Positions 28,268-38,076 of a stretch of 64,000 bases of DNA are shown here, piece after piece. This DNA is from an uncultured bacterium (GTDB taxonomy: Bacteria; Chloroflexota; UBA5177; JANWHV01), in assembly GCA_963827235.1 (NCBI GenBank), contig CAWHAE010000016.1, positions 704,001 through 768,000 on the forward strand, in the 5' to 3' direction. Numbering within the stretch: position 1 is the stretch's first letter; each line of letters begins with the position of its first letter. The translations under genes were made by a program, and so were the position numbers. The notes below the pieces were generated by a model. It was not told the origin of the DNA and ran no database searches. It saw only the letters and a program-made list of their open reading frames with translations.

Positions 28268-30238
28268 TCAGAAGGGCTTGAAGAGGGCGAGCGCCGTGCT
28301 CCAGGCGCCGCCCGCGCTCAACTGCATGGCGGCGCTCTGGCGACCCTTGGTCGTGGACAGCGCGTCTTCAAAGGCGACCATGCCATCCTTGCCCGTGACC
28401 GCCGCCCGCAGAGTCGCTCTATGCCCGCCGATGCTGCCGGCAGTCACGAACTCGGGGTACGTGCCGCTGGCAATCCCGGCAAATGCCAGGTCGCCGGATG
28501 GCACCGCGTGTGTGCTTCCCGTTCGGGCCGTGGTCGCCGTCCCAGAGCCGCAGGCAAAGGAATCCAAAGGACGAGTCCGCGCGATCCCCGAATATTCGGC
28601 TATTGCCACGCGTATCTGACCGCTCACCGTGCTGGTCAGCAATACCCTGGTCGCACCTGCCCGCGCGCCCGCGACGTACCAGATTGATGCCACCCCGCAG
28701 CGCGCGACCTCGACCCACTTCCGATTCTCGTTGTCGCTCACCTGCGGCTCACCCTCGGACCTGAACACGCCTACCAGCAGATCGCCGGCATACACCGGCC
28801 TGGCATACGGCCCCAGCAGGCTGAACCCGCTGCCAACCTGCGCCTTGCCCTGCACGAAGCTCGCACCCCGGTGCACGGGTGCACGTGACGCCGGCGTTCG
28901 AGCCGCCCGCGGCCCGGCCGTGGGAGTGGGTCGCGTGTGGCCCTGTACTGGCGTGCGTGTGATCGTCGGCGTGCGAGTGGGTATGGGTGTGAAGGTGGAT
29001 GTTGGAGTGCTGGTGGGTGTTGGCGTGTTTGTGAAGGTCGGCGTGCTGGTCGGTATGGGCGTGGGAGTAGGCGGATTGGCCATCGTGCCGAACCACTTCG
29101 CCAGCACCTGCCCGGCCGGCGTGAGCTGGCCCGTGAAGAAATCTACTGCGGCCTCGGGACCGTTGCTCCTGTTCCCCGTCAGCTGCCAGTATTCCTCTCC
29201 CTCGATGTAGGGCTGCTGGGCGAGCCAGCCCAGGAACTGATCCGTCGTATTGGCCGTCGCCGGCTCGGCCCCGTTGTCCTGAAAATCACCCCACTCGATC
29301 ACCATCGGCTTGCCAAACGCCTGGTAGCTGGCTTGAATGGCCGAAGTAAAGTCTGAGAAGCTCGTCGTGAAGTGGTCGACATTGTAGGTCGAGGCGAAGG
29401 CCATGGCGCTCTGGGTCACGTAGGGGTAGAAATTGCCCGCCAGGCCGAACCAGCCCGAGGCGACATCCTTGCCGATGGCGCGAAACGCAGCCTGATCGGC
29501 CTGCGCGAAGTCGCTGAGCCACTGGTTGAATGCCGCCGTGGACGGAAACTGGCAGACGCCGTGCGGGCAGTAGGCCGCCGAGGTCCCGGCGGGACCGTTC
29601 ACGATGCCGTCGTTCTGCGGCTCACCGAAGGGCTCGAAGATGTCACCATTCTGAAAGACGTCGGAGTGATGCAGAATCCACTGGTAGGTCATTCCGATGT
29701 ACGAGGTAGTGTCCTGGCCAGACAGCACGGCCGGCACGCCTCCGCTGCTCTCGTACGGGACCGCGGGAGTCGTGCTGTAGGAAAGCTTGACCTGGCCGTA
29801 GTCGCCTCCCCAGTGATTCCAGTTCCCCCGGAACAGCGCGTGCAGGCCAGCGACATGGATGGCATCGGCCCAGGCCTTGAGGTATTCGCCGGGAGCCAGC
29901 GGCCCAGGCGTGCAGTTGTAGCCCGTATCGTCGTACGGCACGTCGTCCGAGGCGAAGTTGGCGTGCAGCTGCACCACGTAGCCGACCAGTCGCGCCATGG
30001 TAGCTCGGTCGTACTGGCTGCAGACGGTATCGTGTGTGAGAGCCGTCATACTGACGTCGCGTATCGGCCAGGCGGCCGAATCCATCGCCCGGGCGGGAGG
30101 CACGCCGGATGGCGCGATCAAGAGAGCGGATACGACCGTCGCCATCACGGCTATGACGCCTGCGATGAGCGCGGGGATTCGGCAAATCAACGCAGTGGCT
30201 CCTAAACTTGCGCACCGGTCGGCGAAGACTTGGGACAT
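28268..30238 (-). CDS. Secreted clan GH-A-like TIM-barrel protein with a PT linker and a C-terminal beta domain
   Basis: Signal peptide, FEPFGEPQN and PMVIEWG glutamates, EYWQL; PT repeats ~28940-29075. Confidence 0.7.
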   Translation of the reverse strand: MSQVFADRCASLGATALICRIPALIAGVIAVMATVVSALLIAPSGVPPARAMDSAAWPIRDVSMTALTHDTVCSQYDRATMARLVGYVVQLHANFASDDVPYDDTGYNCTPGPLAPGEYLKAWADAIHVAGLHALFRGNWNHWGGDYGQVKLSYSTTPAVPYESSGGVPAVLSGQDTTSYIGMTYQWILHHSDVFQNGDIFEPFGEPQNDGIVNGPAGTSAAYCPHGVCQFPSTAAFNQWLSDFAQADQAAFRAIGKDVASGWFGLAGNFYPYVTQSAMAFASTYNVDHFTTSFSDFTSAIQASYQAFGKPMVIEWGDFQDNGAEPATANTTDQFLGWLAQQPYIEGEEYWQLTGNRSNGPEAAVDFFTGQLTPAGQVLAKWFGTMANPPTPTPIPTSTPTFTNTPTPTSTPTSTFTPIPTRTPTITRTPVQGHTRPTPTAGPRAARTPASRAPVHRGASFVQGKAQVGSGFSLLGPYARPVYAGDLLVGVFRSEGEPQVSDNENRKWVEVARCGVASIWYVAGARAGATRVLLTSTVSGQIRVAIAEYSGIARTRPLDSFACGSGTATTARTGSTHAVPSGDLAFAGIASGTYPEFVTAGSIGGHRATLRAAVTGKDGMVAFEDALSTTKGRQSAAMQLSAGGAWSTALALFKPF

Positions 30239-30611
30239 GCGAGCGCGGCCGAACGCTGGCGATTCCGGGGTGCAGCATAATCATGACACGGGACCCGTCG
30301 AAGAGCAGGCCCTCTGAGGTACAGTCTGCCACATGCCGGGCATAGGTCCTACCCCGGCCCGCCACGGGCCTGCCCGAGAGCATAGCCTGCAACGCGAGAC
30401 GTGGCTGCTTGGTTCGGGTCGGCACGCAAATAGGGGTCAAAGGACCCGGCTGCTAGGTGCCGTTTGCCCTCAACAGACGCCCATGCTCCAGTGCTACGAT
30501 TGCTTGTGGTGGCGTGGCGATCGCCCACTTCCCCTGACGGGCTCCCGGGCGGACTCCTCACACTACGCCCCATGCAGGACTCGAACGCGTGACAAGATGG
30601 AGAGACCGAAC

Positions 30612-31073
30612 GTGAGCGAGAAACCCGTGCTCGTGACCGCCGAGGGCCGAGCAGAGATTGAAACCGAGTACAACCGACTGGTGACTGTCAGGCGCGTAGA
30701 AATTGCCGAGCAGCTCGGCGCCGCGGCCGACGATGGCGATCTGTCCGAGAACGCGGCATACGACCATGCCAAGGAAGAGCAGGCGCTGCTCGAGGGCCGC
30801 ATTGCCCAGCTGGAGCACACGCTTCGCCATGCCGTGGTCATCAAGAGCGGCGAGAGCGAGGTCGTGCAGCTCGGCTCCAAGGTGACGATCGAAGAAGACG
30901 GCCTGCAGGACACCTATGTGATACTCGGCCCGCTCGAAGCCGCACCGTCCAAGGGACGTATCTCGAACGAGTCGCCCATGGGCCGGGCTCTGATCAACCA
31001 TAGGGCCGGCGACCTGGTAGACGTCTACGCGCCTGCCGGGGTGCTCAAGATCCGCATTCTCTCAATTCAATAG
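30612..31073 (+). CDS. greA: Transcription elongation factor GreA
   Basis: GDLSENAAYDHAKEEQ..LEGRI, ISNESPMGRAL. Confidence 0.95.
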   Translation: MSEKPVLVTAEGRAEIETEYNRLVTVRRVEIAEQLGAAADDGDLSENAAYDHAKEEQALLEGRIAQLEHTLRHAVVIKSGESEVVQLGSKVTIEEDGLQDTYVILGPLEAAPSKGRISNESPMGRALINHRAGDLVDVYAPAGVLKIRILSIQ

Positions 31074-31152
31074 CTCGTCGACCGAGTCGCTGCCGCCGTT
31101 CCCTCCGTGATGCCGCGTGTGGCTGCCGGGACGAACGGTGGCCGGAAAACCT

Positions 31153-34100
31153 CTATCCTGCCGCGTCATAGCGGTCGGCTCGAACCGAGAAGTAGCGGGA
31201 TTGGGGATGGTGCACGACGATCGCCACCGTTGACTGCTCGGGTACGAGCTGGTAGGCAGTCGTCAGCGTAACGCCGATCTCCCCAGCGGGCAGCAAGCGG
31301 AATACCTTGGTGTGGTCGGCCAGGTCGGGGCAGGCCGGGTAGCCCCAGGAATAGCGCTTGCCCTGCATGGGCTTAAGTCCGAGCTCGCTCCGGATACGGC
31401 GATGAACGTGCTCTGCCAGAGCCTCCGCCGTCTCAACGCTCAGTCCGTGGGCATAATACGCTTCCGCGTAATCGCCCGCGTCGCGCAGCGCGTCGACGTA
31501 GCTCGTCGCCTCTTCTCCGACGGTCACCAGTTGGAAGGCCGCCAAGTCGGGATTCGCGGGATCGGTGCCGAAGTAGTCGCTGATGCAGAGGCGTTGCTGG
31601 TCGCTCTGGCGTGGAAAGTGAAATCGCTCCAGCTCGCTCGCCCGATCGCCCGGCGACAGCACGACCAGCGCGTCTGCATCCGCGTAGCACGGGAAGTAGC
31701 CGTAGGCAGCGCGGGCGCGCATCCAACCGAGCTCCACCGCCTCCCGCTCGAGCCTGCGCAGGCGCGGCATAAAATCGTCCTTCAACAGGCGGGTCCATTC
31801 CTGGCCGCCGGTATTCCGGGCGCCCCACGAGAGCCGGAACAGCGATCGCAGCGCCAGATGCTTGAACACGGGCCTGAGGTCGATGTCGTCGAGACACCGG
31901 GTGCCCCAGAAGGGCGGGGACGGCGGAGCCGCGGGCTCCACTGTCCTTGCCGGAACCACGGCAGGCGCGGCTTGCGCGGCCGCGGGACGCCCGGCAGACT
32001 GGGCAGGCAACTGTGCTTCCGCGTGCACGCGGGCGACCAGCGCAGCACGGCGCTCCGGGTCCTGAAGCGCATCCATCACCTCCAGGCCCTCGAAGGCGTC
32101 CTTGCAGTAGAACACGCCCGCCCCGTACGGCGTCTTGCCGTCCGGCAGGGCCACGCGACGGCCGAACTCGCGGTTGATGGCGGCGCCGCCAATCAGCACC
32201 GGGTAGTCGAGCCCGCGGTGGACGAGCTCCTGCACGCAGAGAGCCATCTGCTTCGAGGTGGAGACGAGCAGTGCCGACAGGCCGATCGCGCTTGCTCCTA
32301 CCTCCTCCGCCTTGTCCAGGATGACGTTGACCGGCACCTGCTTGCCGAGGTCGTGCACGATGTAGCCGTTGTTGGACAATATGGTGCCGACCAGATTCTT
32401 GCCGATGTCGTGCACGTCGCCAAATACCGTGGCCAGCACGACCGAACCCTTGCTGTAGCCTTCGCGCCTCTCGAGGAAGTTCTCCAGGTAGGCCACCGCG
32501 CGTTTCATCACCTCCGCGCTTTGCAGCACGAAGGGCAGGATCAGTTCTCCGGCCCCGAACTTGTCCCCCACCTCCTTCATGGCCGGCAGAAGTACCTCGT
32601 TCAGCACCTCGACCGGTCCGTGGCGCGTCAAGGCCTGGTCGATCAGCGCCTCTATGCCGTCCTTCTTGCGATGCAGGATCTGGTAGTGGATACGCTGCTC
32701 GGCACACATAGTTTCGACGGACTCGGCCGCCTTCTCGTTGCGCGCCGGCGTGGCGCTCTGGAAGTACTCGATCAGGCGCGCCAGGGCGTCGGGCCGCCGG
32801 TCGAAGACGAGGTCGTCGGCGAGCTCGCGCTGCTCGCCCGGGATCTCGGCGTAGGGGAGCACGTCCTTCGGATTGACGATGGCAAGGTCGAGTCCCGCCT
32901 CGACGGCGTGGTACAGGAACACGCTGTTCAGCACCGCGCGCGCGTGCGCCATCAGGCCGAACGACACATTGCTCACGCCGAGCACGGTGAGCACGCCCGG
33001 CAGGGCAGCTTTGATCAGGCGAATGCCCTCCAGCGTCTCGATCGCCGAACGCCGCCACTCCTCCTCACCTGTAGACAGCACGAACGTAAGGGCGTCGAAG
33101 ACAAGGTCCTCGGGCCACAGCCCGTATTCTCCGACGGCGATCTCGTGGATCCGCCGCGCTACATCCAGCTTTCTCTCCGCGGTCCGCGCCATGCCCACTT
33201 CGTCGATGGTCAGCGCAACCACGGCGGCGCCATGGGCGCGGGCGAGCGGTAGCACGCTCTCGATCCGCTTGCGGCCGTTCTCCATATTGATGGAGTTGAT
33301 CAGGGCGCGGCCGGGGTATTGCTCCAGAGCCGCCTGAATCACGCTCGCCTCGGTGCTGTCGATGACCAGCGGCGCCTCGACGCCCGTGGCCAGCCTCTTG
33401 ACCAGCCGGCGCATCAGGTCGGCCTCATCGGGTCGCTCAGTCACGGCGACCTGCACGTCCAGCGTGTGGGCACCTCCCTCGACCTGCTGGCGGGCAATGG
33501 CGAGAAGGCCTTCGTAGTCCTCGGCCAGCACGAGCCGCTTGGCCGCCCGACTGCCCTGCGCGTTGACCCGCTCCCCAATCAATAGCGGCGCGGGTACCTG
33601 ATGCATATCGATGGCACGTATGGCGCCGGCCAGCATTGGCGGGTGCCTTCGAGGCAGCGCCTTCGGCTTCCGCGTGCCCACGGCCTCCACCACCATGCGC
33701 AGGTGCTCCGGCGTGGTGCCGCAGCAACCGCCCACTACGTTGACGCCCAGATCCTCCACGAACTCGAGCAGGGCGGCAGCCATGGGCTGCGGCAGCATTG
33801 GGTATACCGCTTTGCCGCCCACGTTGCGCGGGATGCCGGCGTTGGGAATCACAGCGATCGGCTTGGTGCAGAACTCAGTCAGGTAACGCACGGGCTCGCG
33901 CATGTGGTCCGGACCCGTGCTGCAGTTCAGCCCGATGACATCGGCACCCGCCGCCTCCATGATCACCATGGCCGCACCGATATCCGTTCCCATCAGCATG
34001 CGTCCGCTGGTATCCAGCGTCACCTGGGCCTGGATAGGCACCACGATTCCGGTTGCCAGCATGGCCTGGCGGGCTCCGGCGAGCGCTGCCTTTAGCTCCA

Positions 34101-34611
34101 GGATGTCCTGCGAGGTCTCCACGATCAGCAGGTCGGCGCCGCCTTCCAGCAGTGCGCCTGCCTGCTCGCCATAGATCTCGGCCAACTCCTGAAAGGTCAT
34201 GCCGCCCAACATGGGATCGTCGCTGGATGGCAGCATACCGGTCGGACCCATGGAGCCGGCGACAAATCTCGGCTTGCCGGGCGTGGCAAACTGATCGGCA
34301 GTCTCCCTGGCCAGGCGTGCCGCGGCCACGTTAACCTCACGGGTCTTCTCACCCAGACCGTACTCGTTCAGGCGCAGCCGTGTGGCGTTGAACGTGTCTG
34401 TCTCGATCACGTCGCAGCCGACGGCAAGAAAGGAGGAATGGATGGCTCGTATCACGTCGGGCCGCGTGAGCACCAGAATATCGTTGCAGCCCTCGCTACC
34501 GCCAAAGTCCCCGGCGTTGAGGTCGACCGCCTGGATCGACGTACCCATGGCTCCGTCGAAGATCAGCACGCGCCGGTCAAGCGCCGCCAAGTATGGAGGT
34601 AGTACAGCCAT
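31153..34611 (-). CDS. metH: Cobalamin-dependent methionine synthase
   Basis: FDGAMGT, GLNCSTGP, GGCCGTT, IGERVNAQGS, B12 motif GDVHDIGKNLV, RYSWGYPACPD. Confidence 0.97.
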   Translation of the reverse strand: MAVLPPYLAALDRRVLIFDGAMGTSIQAVDLNAGDFGGSEGCNDILVLTRPDVIRAIHSSFLAVGCDVIETDTFNATRLRLNEYGLGEKTREVNVAAARLARETADQFATPGKPRFVAGSMGPTGMLPSSDDPMLGGMTFQELAEIYGEQAGALLEGGADLLIVETSQDILELKAALAGARQAMLATGIVVPIQAQVTLDTSGRMLMGTDIGAAMVIMEAAGADVIGLNCSTGPDHMREPVRYLTEFCTKPIAVIPNAGIPRNVGGKAVYPMLPQPMAAALLEFVEDLGVNVVGGCCGTTPEHLRMVVEAVGTRKPKALPRRHPPMLAGAIRAIDMHQVPAPLLIGERVNAQGSRAAKRLVLAEDYEGLLAIARQQVEGGAHTLDVQVAVTERPDEADLMRRLVKRLATGVEAPLVIDSTEASVIQAALEQYPGRALINSINMENGRKRIESVLPLARAHGAAVVALTIDEVGMARTAERKLDVARRIHEIAVGEYGLWPEDLVFDALTFVLSTGEEEWRRSAIETLEGIRLIKAALPGVLTVLGVSNVSFGLMAHARAVLNSVFLYHAVEAGLDLAIVNPKDVLPYAEIPGEQRELADDLVFDRRPDALARLIEYFQSATPARNEKAAESVETMCAEQRIHYQILHRKKDGIEALIDQALTRHGPVEVLNEVLLPAMKEVGDKFGAGELILPFVLQSAEVMKRAVAYLENFLERREGYSKGSVVLATVFGDVHDIGKNLVGTILSNNGYIVHDLGKQVPVNVILDKAEEVGASAIGLSALLVSTSKQMALCVQELVHRGLDYPVLIGGAAINREFGRRVALPDGKTPYGAGVFYCKDAFEGLEVMDALQDPERRAALVARVHAEAQLPAQSAGRPAAAQAAPAVVPARTVEPAAPPSPPFWGTRCLDDIDLRPVFKHLALRSLFRLSWGARNTGGQEWTRLLKDDFMPRLRRLEREAVELGWMRARAAYGYFPCYADADALVVLSPGDRASELERFHFPRQSDQQRLCISDYFGTDPANPDLAAFQLVTVGEEATSYVDALRDAGDYAEAYYAHGLSVETAEALAEHVHRRIRSELGLKPMQGKRYSWGYPACPDLADHTKVFRLLPAGEIGVTLTTAYQLVPEQSTVAIVVHHPQSRYFSVRADRYDAAG

Positions 34612-34825
34612 CGGCAACCTCAGAGAATACATTGGCCGGAGGCCCGGCCCCGCCGCGCAGCTCCGAGAACACTCAGCACGCAACAGTCTTGCATGCACGC
34701 GGCCTGCATTAGCCGGCAGGCCCTCGCTACTTCGATCATAGCAGTGCGACGGAGAATGGCCGCGCCTTCGGTAGACTGATGAGAGACGGCGCTGGCGCCT
34801 ACTCTGGTCAGAATGGGGAGAAGTG

Positions 34826-35767
34826 ATGGATTATCGGCAGGCAGGTGCATCCGGCCTCAAGGTTTCGGCGGTCGGCCTGGGAACCAACAACTTCGGTGGG
34901 CGTACGGACGAGGCGCAGTCCGTCCTGGTGATCGACCGCGCGCTGGAGGCCGGGATCACCTCGATCGATACCGCCGACGTCTACAGCCAGGGACGCTCAG
35001 AGGAGATCATCGGCCGGGCGCTGCGCGGACGGCGGCACCGGGCGGAAATCCTGACCAAGGTCCACGGCGCGATGGGCAGCGGGCCGCACGATCGAGGCTC
35101 GGGCAGGCGGCACATCATCCAGGCCTGCGAGGACAGCCTCAGGAGGCTGCAGACGGACTACATCGACCTCTACCAGCTCCATAGCTGGGACTCGGAGACG
35201 CCGATTGAGGAGAGCCTGCGCGCGCTCGACGATCTGGTTCGCGCCGGGAAAGTGCGCTACGTGGGCTGCTCCAACTTCGCCGCCTGGCAGCTGGCGTGGA
35301 GCTTGTGGACAAGCGATCGCCGCGGCTACGCGTCCTTCGTCACGGTTCAGCCGCACTACAATCTGTTCGAGCGCGCCGTGGAAGCGGAGCTCGTCCCCGC
35401 GTGCACGGCGTTCGGCGTCGGCATCATTCCCTATTTCCCACTGGTGGGTGGCCTGCTCACCGGCAAGTACACATCAGCCGCAAGCGTGCCCGAGGGAACC
35501 CGCTATCACGGGAGCGAGCGCTGGATGCAGCAGCTCACGGGGGAGAAGCTTGGCGCAGTCGCCGCGCTGAAGCGGCTGGCCGAGAGCCACGGCAAGACCG
35601 TCGGCCAGCTCGCCATCGCATGGCTGCTGGCACAGCCGGCCGTGTGCACGGTGATTGCCGGGGCAACACGGCCGGAGCAGGTCGAGGAGAACGCCGGCGC
35701 ATCCTCCTGGGCGCTGGACGCCTCGGTGCTCGCCCAGGTCGCCGAGATTGTCACGCCACCCGCCTGA
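34826..35767 (+). CDS. Aldo/keto reductase
   Basis: GLGTNNFG, DTADVYS, SLRRLQTDYIDLYQLH, GKVRYVGCSN. Confidence 0.93.
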   Translation: MDYRQAGASGLKVSAVGLGTNNFGGRTDEAQSVLVIDRALEAGITSIDTADVYSQGRSEEIIGRALRGRRHRAEILTKVHGAMGSGPHDRGSGRRHIIQACEDSLRRLQTDYIDLYQLHSWDSETPIEESLRALDDLVRAGKVRYVGCSNFAAWQLAWSLWTSDRRGYASFVTVQPHYNLFERAVEAELVPACTAFGVGIIPYFPLVGGLLTGKYTSAASVPEGTRYHGSERWMQQLTGEKLGAVAALKRLAESHGKTVGQLAIAWLLAQPAVCTVIAGATRPEQVEENAGASSWALDASVLAQVAEIVTPPA

Positions 35768-35802
35768 GCAGGCAGCCGTTCCCTCGCTCCGCCGTCGGCC
35801 TG

Positions 35803-36621
35803 CTACGGCTTCGCGCGGTCTCGATAGATGCGCGACGCCTCGCCCAAGAACTCGGCTTCCTTGCCGGAGTATGGAGGCTGGAAGGGCTGCTGCTCTCGAG
35901 GCATGCCCTCGTACCGCGTCCACCAGTGCTCCAGACCGTCGGCCACCGCGGCGCTGCCCTGCGTGAACGCCGCGATCAGCTCGGCCTGGAGCCGGGCCAC
36001 GGCCTGCGCATCCTCGCAGCCCGGGTCTGCCCCGGCCGAAACCAGCCGCTTCAGCTTGGAGGCGATCAAGGCGTACTGCTCGTCTACCTTGCGCTGTTCC
36101 TCCTCGGTCCAGGGCGGACGCGCGGCCAGCTGACGCCGCGCCTCGTCGCCGTACGACGCCTCGCTCAGCTCGTCCATCCGCGTCCGCTGCTCGGGCGTGA
36201 AGTACTTCGCTTGCCACTCGTCCTTCTGCTGCACCTGCATTACCTCCACTATCTCGACCAGTGAATCCCATATGCTGCTTCCCCGCGCCAGCGCCTCTTC
36301 GGCGAGGCCGATTGCCCGGATGACAGCCTCGATGTGCCCAAGCTTCTCGCTCATCATCGCCCTCTGCGCCGCCAGCCTGGCCGGCAGATCGACGGGCCCG
36401 GTTCGCAGGCAGGCCCTGATCTGGTCCAGCGAGAAGCCGAGGAACTTGAGAGCGAGAATGTGTTGCAGACGTGTCGCGTCTGCTTCGCTGTAGAGTCTGT
36501 AGCCAGACTTCGAGTGGGAGGCGGGCGACAATATGCCGATCTGGTCGTAATACCGCAGCGTGCGAACGGAGACCGACAGCCTGGCGGCAAAGGCTCCCGC
36601 CGAATAGAGACGGCCGTTCAT
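35803..36621 (-). CDS. MerR-family regulator with TipAS-like C-terminal domain (TipA/Mta type)
   Basis: VSVRTLRYYDQIGIL..SGYRLY, LKFLGFSLDQI; C-terminal GADPGCEDAQAV. Confidence 0.88.
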   Translation of the reverse strand: MNGRLYSAGAFAARLSVSVRTLRYYDQIGILSPASHSKSGYRLYSEADATRLQHILALKFLGFSLDQIRACLRTGPVDLPARLAAQRAMMSEKLGHIEAVIRAIGLAEEALARGSSIWDSLVEIVEVMQVQQKDEWQAKYFTPEQRTRMDELSEASYGDEARRQLAARPPWTEEEQRKVDEQYALIASKLKRLVSAGADPGCEDAQAVARLQAELIAAFTQGSAAVADGLEHWWTRYEGMPREQQPFQPPYSGKEAEFLGEASRIYRDRAKP

Positions 36622-36645
36622 TGGCGAGCCTCCTTCCCGGTCTCG

Positions 36646-36676
36646 AACATACGAGATGACGTAACGTCAGGGTCAA
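36646..36676 (-). promoter_or_regulatory. MerR-type promoter with 19-bp spacer and dyad operator
   Basis: TTGACC-CTGACGTTACGTCATCTCG-TATGTT; TGACGT-T-ACGTCA dyad in the spacer. Confidence 0.88.
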
Positions 36677-36837
36677 GTACCTCGCAGTGTCATAGCCCTG
36701 GCCCGGGTGTGCTCGCGGTGACAGAATCTTGACGCGGCGATCGGTGGCCCGCGTGACGTCTTGGCGCGCTTTCGGGTTGATCCTGGAGGACACCGCCCAG
36801 TGTTCGCCGAATTCTGAGCACGAAAGGCACTTCTCAC

Positions 36838-37380
36838 ATGTTCAGTCAGATCAAGCCCGCGCTTCACCCCCGGCTGGGTGTGGCAATCGCCCTGCTGGTC
36901 GTCACGATGGGCACGACCTTGCCTTCCACTCCCGCCGCCCTATCGAGCGCATCGCCGGTGCCGGTTGCCGCGCCCTGCATTCCGGCGGGACACGGCGCGG
37001 GCGTCGTGCCCGCAGTGAGCTTCGGCCGCAAAGGCGGAAACATCCGTCCCTATGAGGTCGACATCGCACCGGACGGCACGATCGCCTACAGCGGGACCAA
37101 GCCGCTGGCGAACGGTTACGCCATCACCTGGCAGGCCGTCCAGGGCATCGTTCAGCTAGCCGGTGCCATGGGATTTTGGACGTGGCCGGGCAAGCTTACT
37201 GCCTCGCATCCTAACCCCGACGTCGGCACGTTCTACGTTACGGTGCGGCAGGGCTGCAGTAATTCTGTCAAAACGGTGAGCGGGCCGGGCATGCCGCTGC
37301 TCACCTTCGCCGAGCTCTACGATACGCTGGTGGCCGCCACCGGACTGGGTACCGGCACCTCACCTTCATCGCGCACGTAG
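36838..37380 (+). CDS. Secreted hypothetical protein (possibly DUF6438-like)
   Basis: Signal peptide; YEVDIAPDGTIAYSG ... GF ... PDVGTFYVTV..KTV pattern. Confidence 0.6.
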   Translation: MFSQIKPALHPRLGVAIALLVVTMGTTLPSTPAALSSASPVPVAAPCIPAGHGAGVVPAVSFGRKGGNIRPYEVDIAPDGTIAYSGTKPLANGYAITWQAVQGIVQLAGAMGFWTWPGKLTASHPNPDVGTFYVTVRQGCSNSVKTVSGPGMPLLTFAELYDTLVAATGLGTGTSPSSRT

Positions 37381-37492
37381 CGACGGCTTCCGGCAGTGAG
37401 GTGGAACCGCGGGGCACGCAGGCTCCGCCACAAAGCCAGTCCGAGAAAGGCCTGTCCCAGCACCGGGAGGCAAGCGGCCTGACTTGGGAGGG

Positions 37493-37954
37493 CTACTCCA
37501 GTTTTCCGGCCGCCCGCAAGATCGCCTGCAGGCCGCGATCCAGCGTCGCCAGACCGTCATCGCCAAGCGTCACCTGCATTCGGCTCCGCAGGCCGCACAC
37601 GTGCACCTGGGTGGCACGCTCGAGAGCGTCGCGCCCCGCCGCGGTTAGGCAAACGTACGTGACCCTCCGGTCGTGCCGGCAGGGCCGCCGCTTAACCAGC
37701 CCGGCCCGCTCCATGCGGTCGACCAGCCTGGTCACCCCCCCGCTGGTAAACGCTGTGGCCTGCAGTAGCTCGCTCATTGGTCGCTGACCTGCCTCGAGGC
37801 GTCCGAGGTGCAGCAGCACACCGTACCACAGCAGGGGAAGCCCGGTCTCAGAGACCATCTCTCGATCGAGCTCCTGCGAGAGCAACGCGTGAACCTCCAC
37901 CAGGTGCCCAAAAGCCGTGATCAGAGGATCGTCGATCGTGGTTCTGCCATCCAT
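37493..37954 (-). CDS. MarR family regulator, probably from a leaderless mRNA
   Basis: FTSGGVTRLVDRMERAGLVKRRPCRHDRRVTYVCLTAAG. Confidence 0.92.
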   Translation of the reverse strand: MDGRTTIDDPLITAFGHLVEVHALLSQELDREMVSETGLPLLWYGVLLHLGRLEAGQRPMSELLQATAFTSGGVTRLVDRMERAGLVKRRPCRHDRRVTYVCLTAAGRDALERATQVHVCGLRSRMQVTLGDDGLATLDRGLQAILRAAGKLE

Positions 37955-37960
37955 GGTCTT

Positions 37961-38007
37961 ACTATACCGGCCGACCATTTGACACGTCAATTACTGACAG
38001 GTAAGGT
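37961..38007. promoter_or_regulatory. Back-to-back divergent promoters whose two -35 boxes form the palindrome TTGACACGTCAA
   Basis: Plus TTGACA(37979)-17-TAAGGT(38002); minus TTGACG(37990)-18-TATAGT(37966-37961), ATG 7 nt downstream. Confidence 0.8.
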
Positions 38008-38076
38008 TTATGAGAGGCGTCGCCGGCCGTCGAACCGGGATGCTCACGGCGCGAGCGCGAGCTTCGGAGACTGAAC

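Noticed and set aside
28940-29075. Periodic sequence as a CRISPR or satellite array
   Set aside because: Encodes the PT linker; no repeat-spacer structure
30300-30560. c-di-GMP or c-di-AMP riboswitch upstream of the GH-like gene
   Set aside because: Isolated fragments (GGGCAAAC, CCCGAACC) on the minus strand without the rest of either consensus
34612-34820. SAM/SAH/cobalamin riboswitch upstream of metH
   Set aside because: Only a GGCCTGC..GCAGGCC hairpin; no consensus elements recognised
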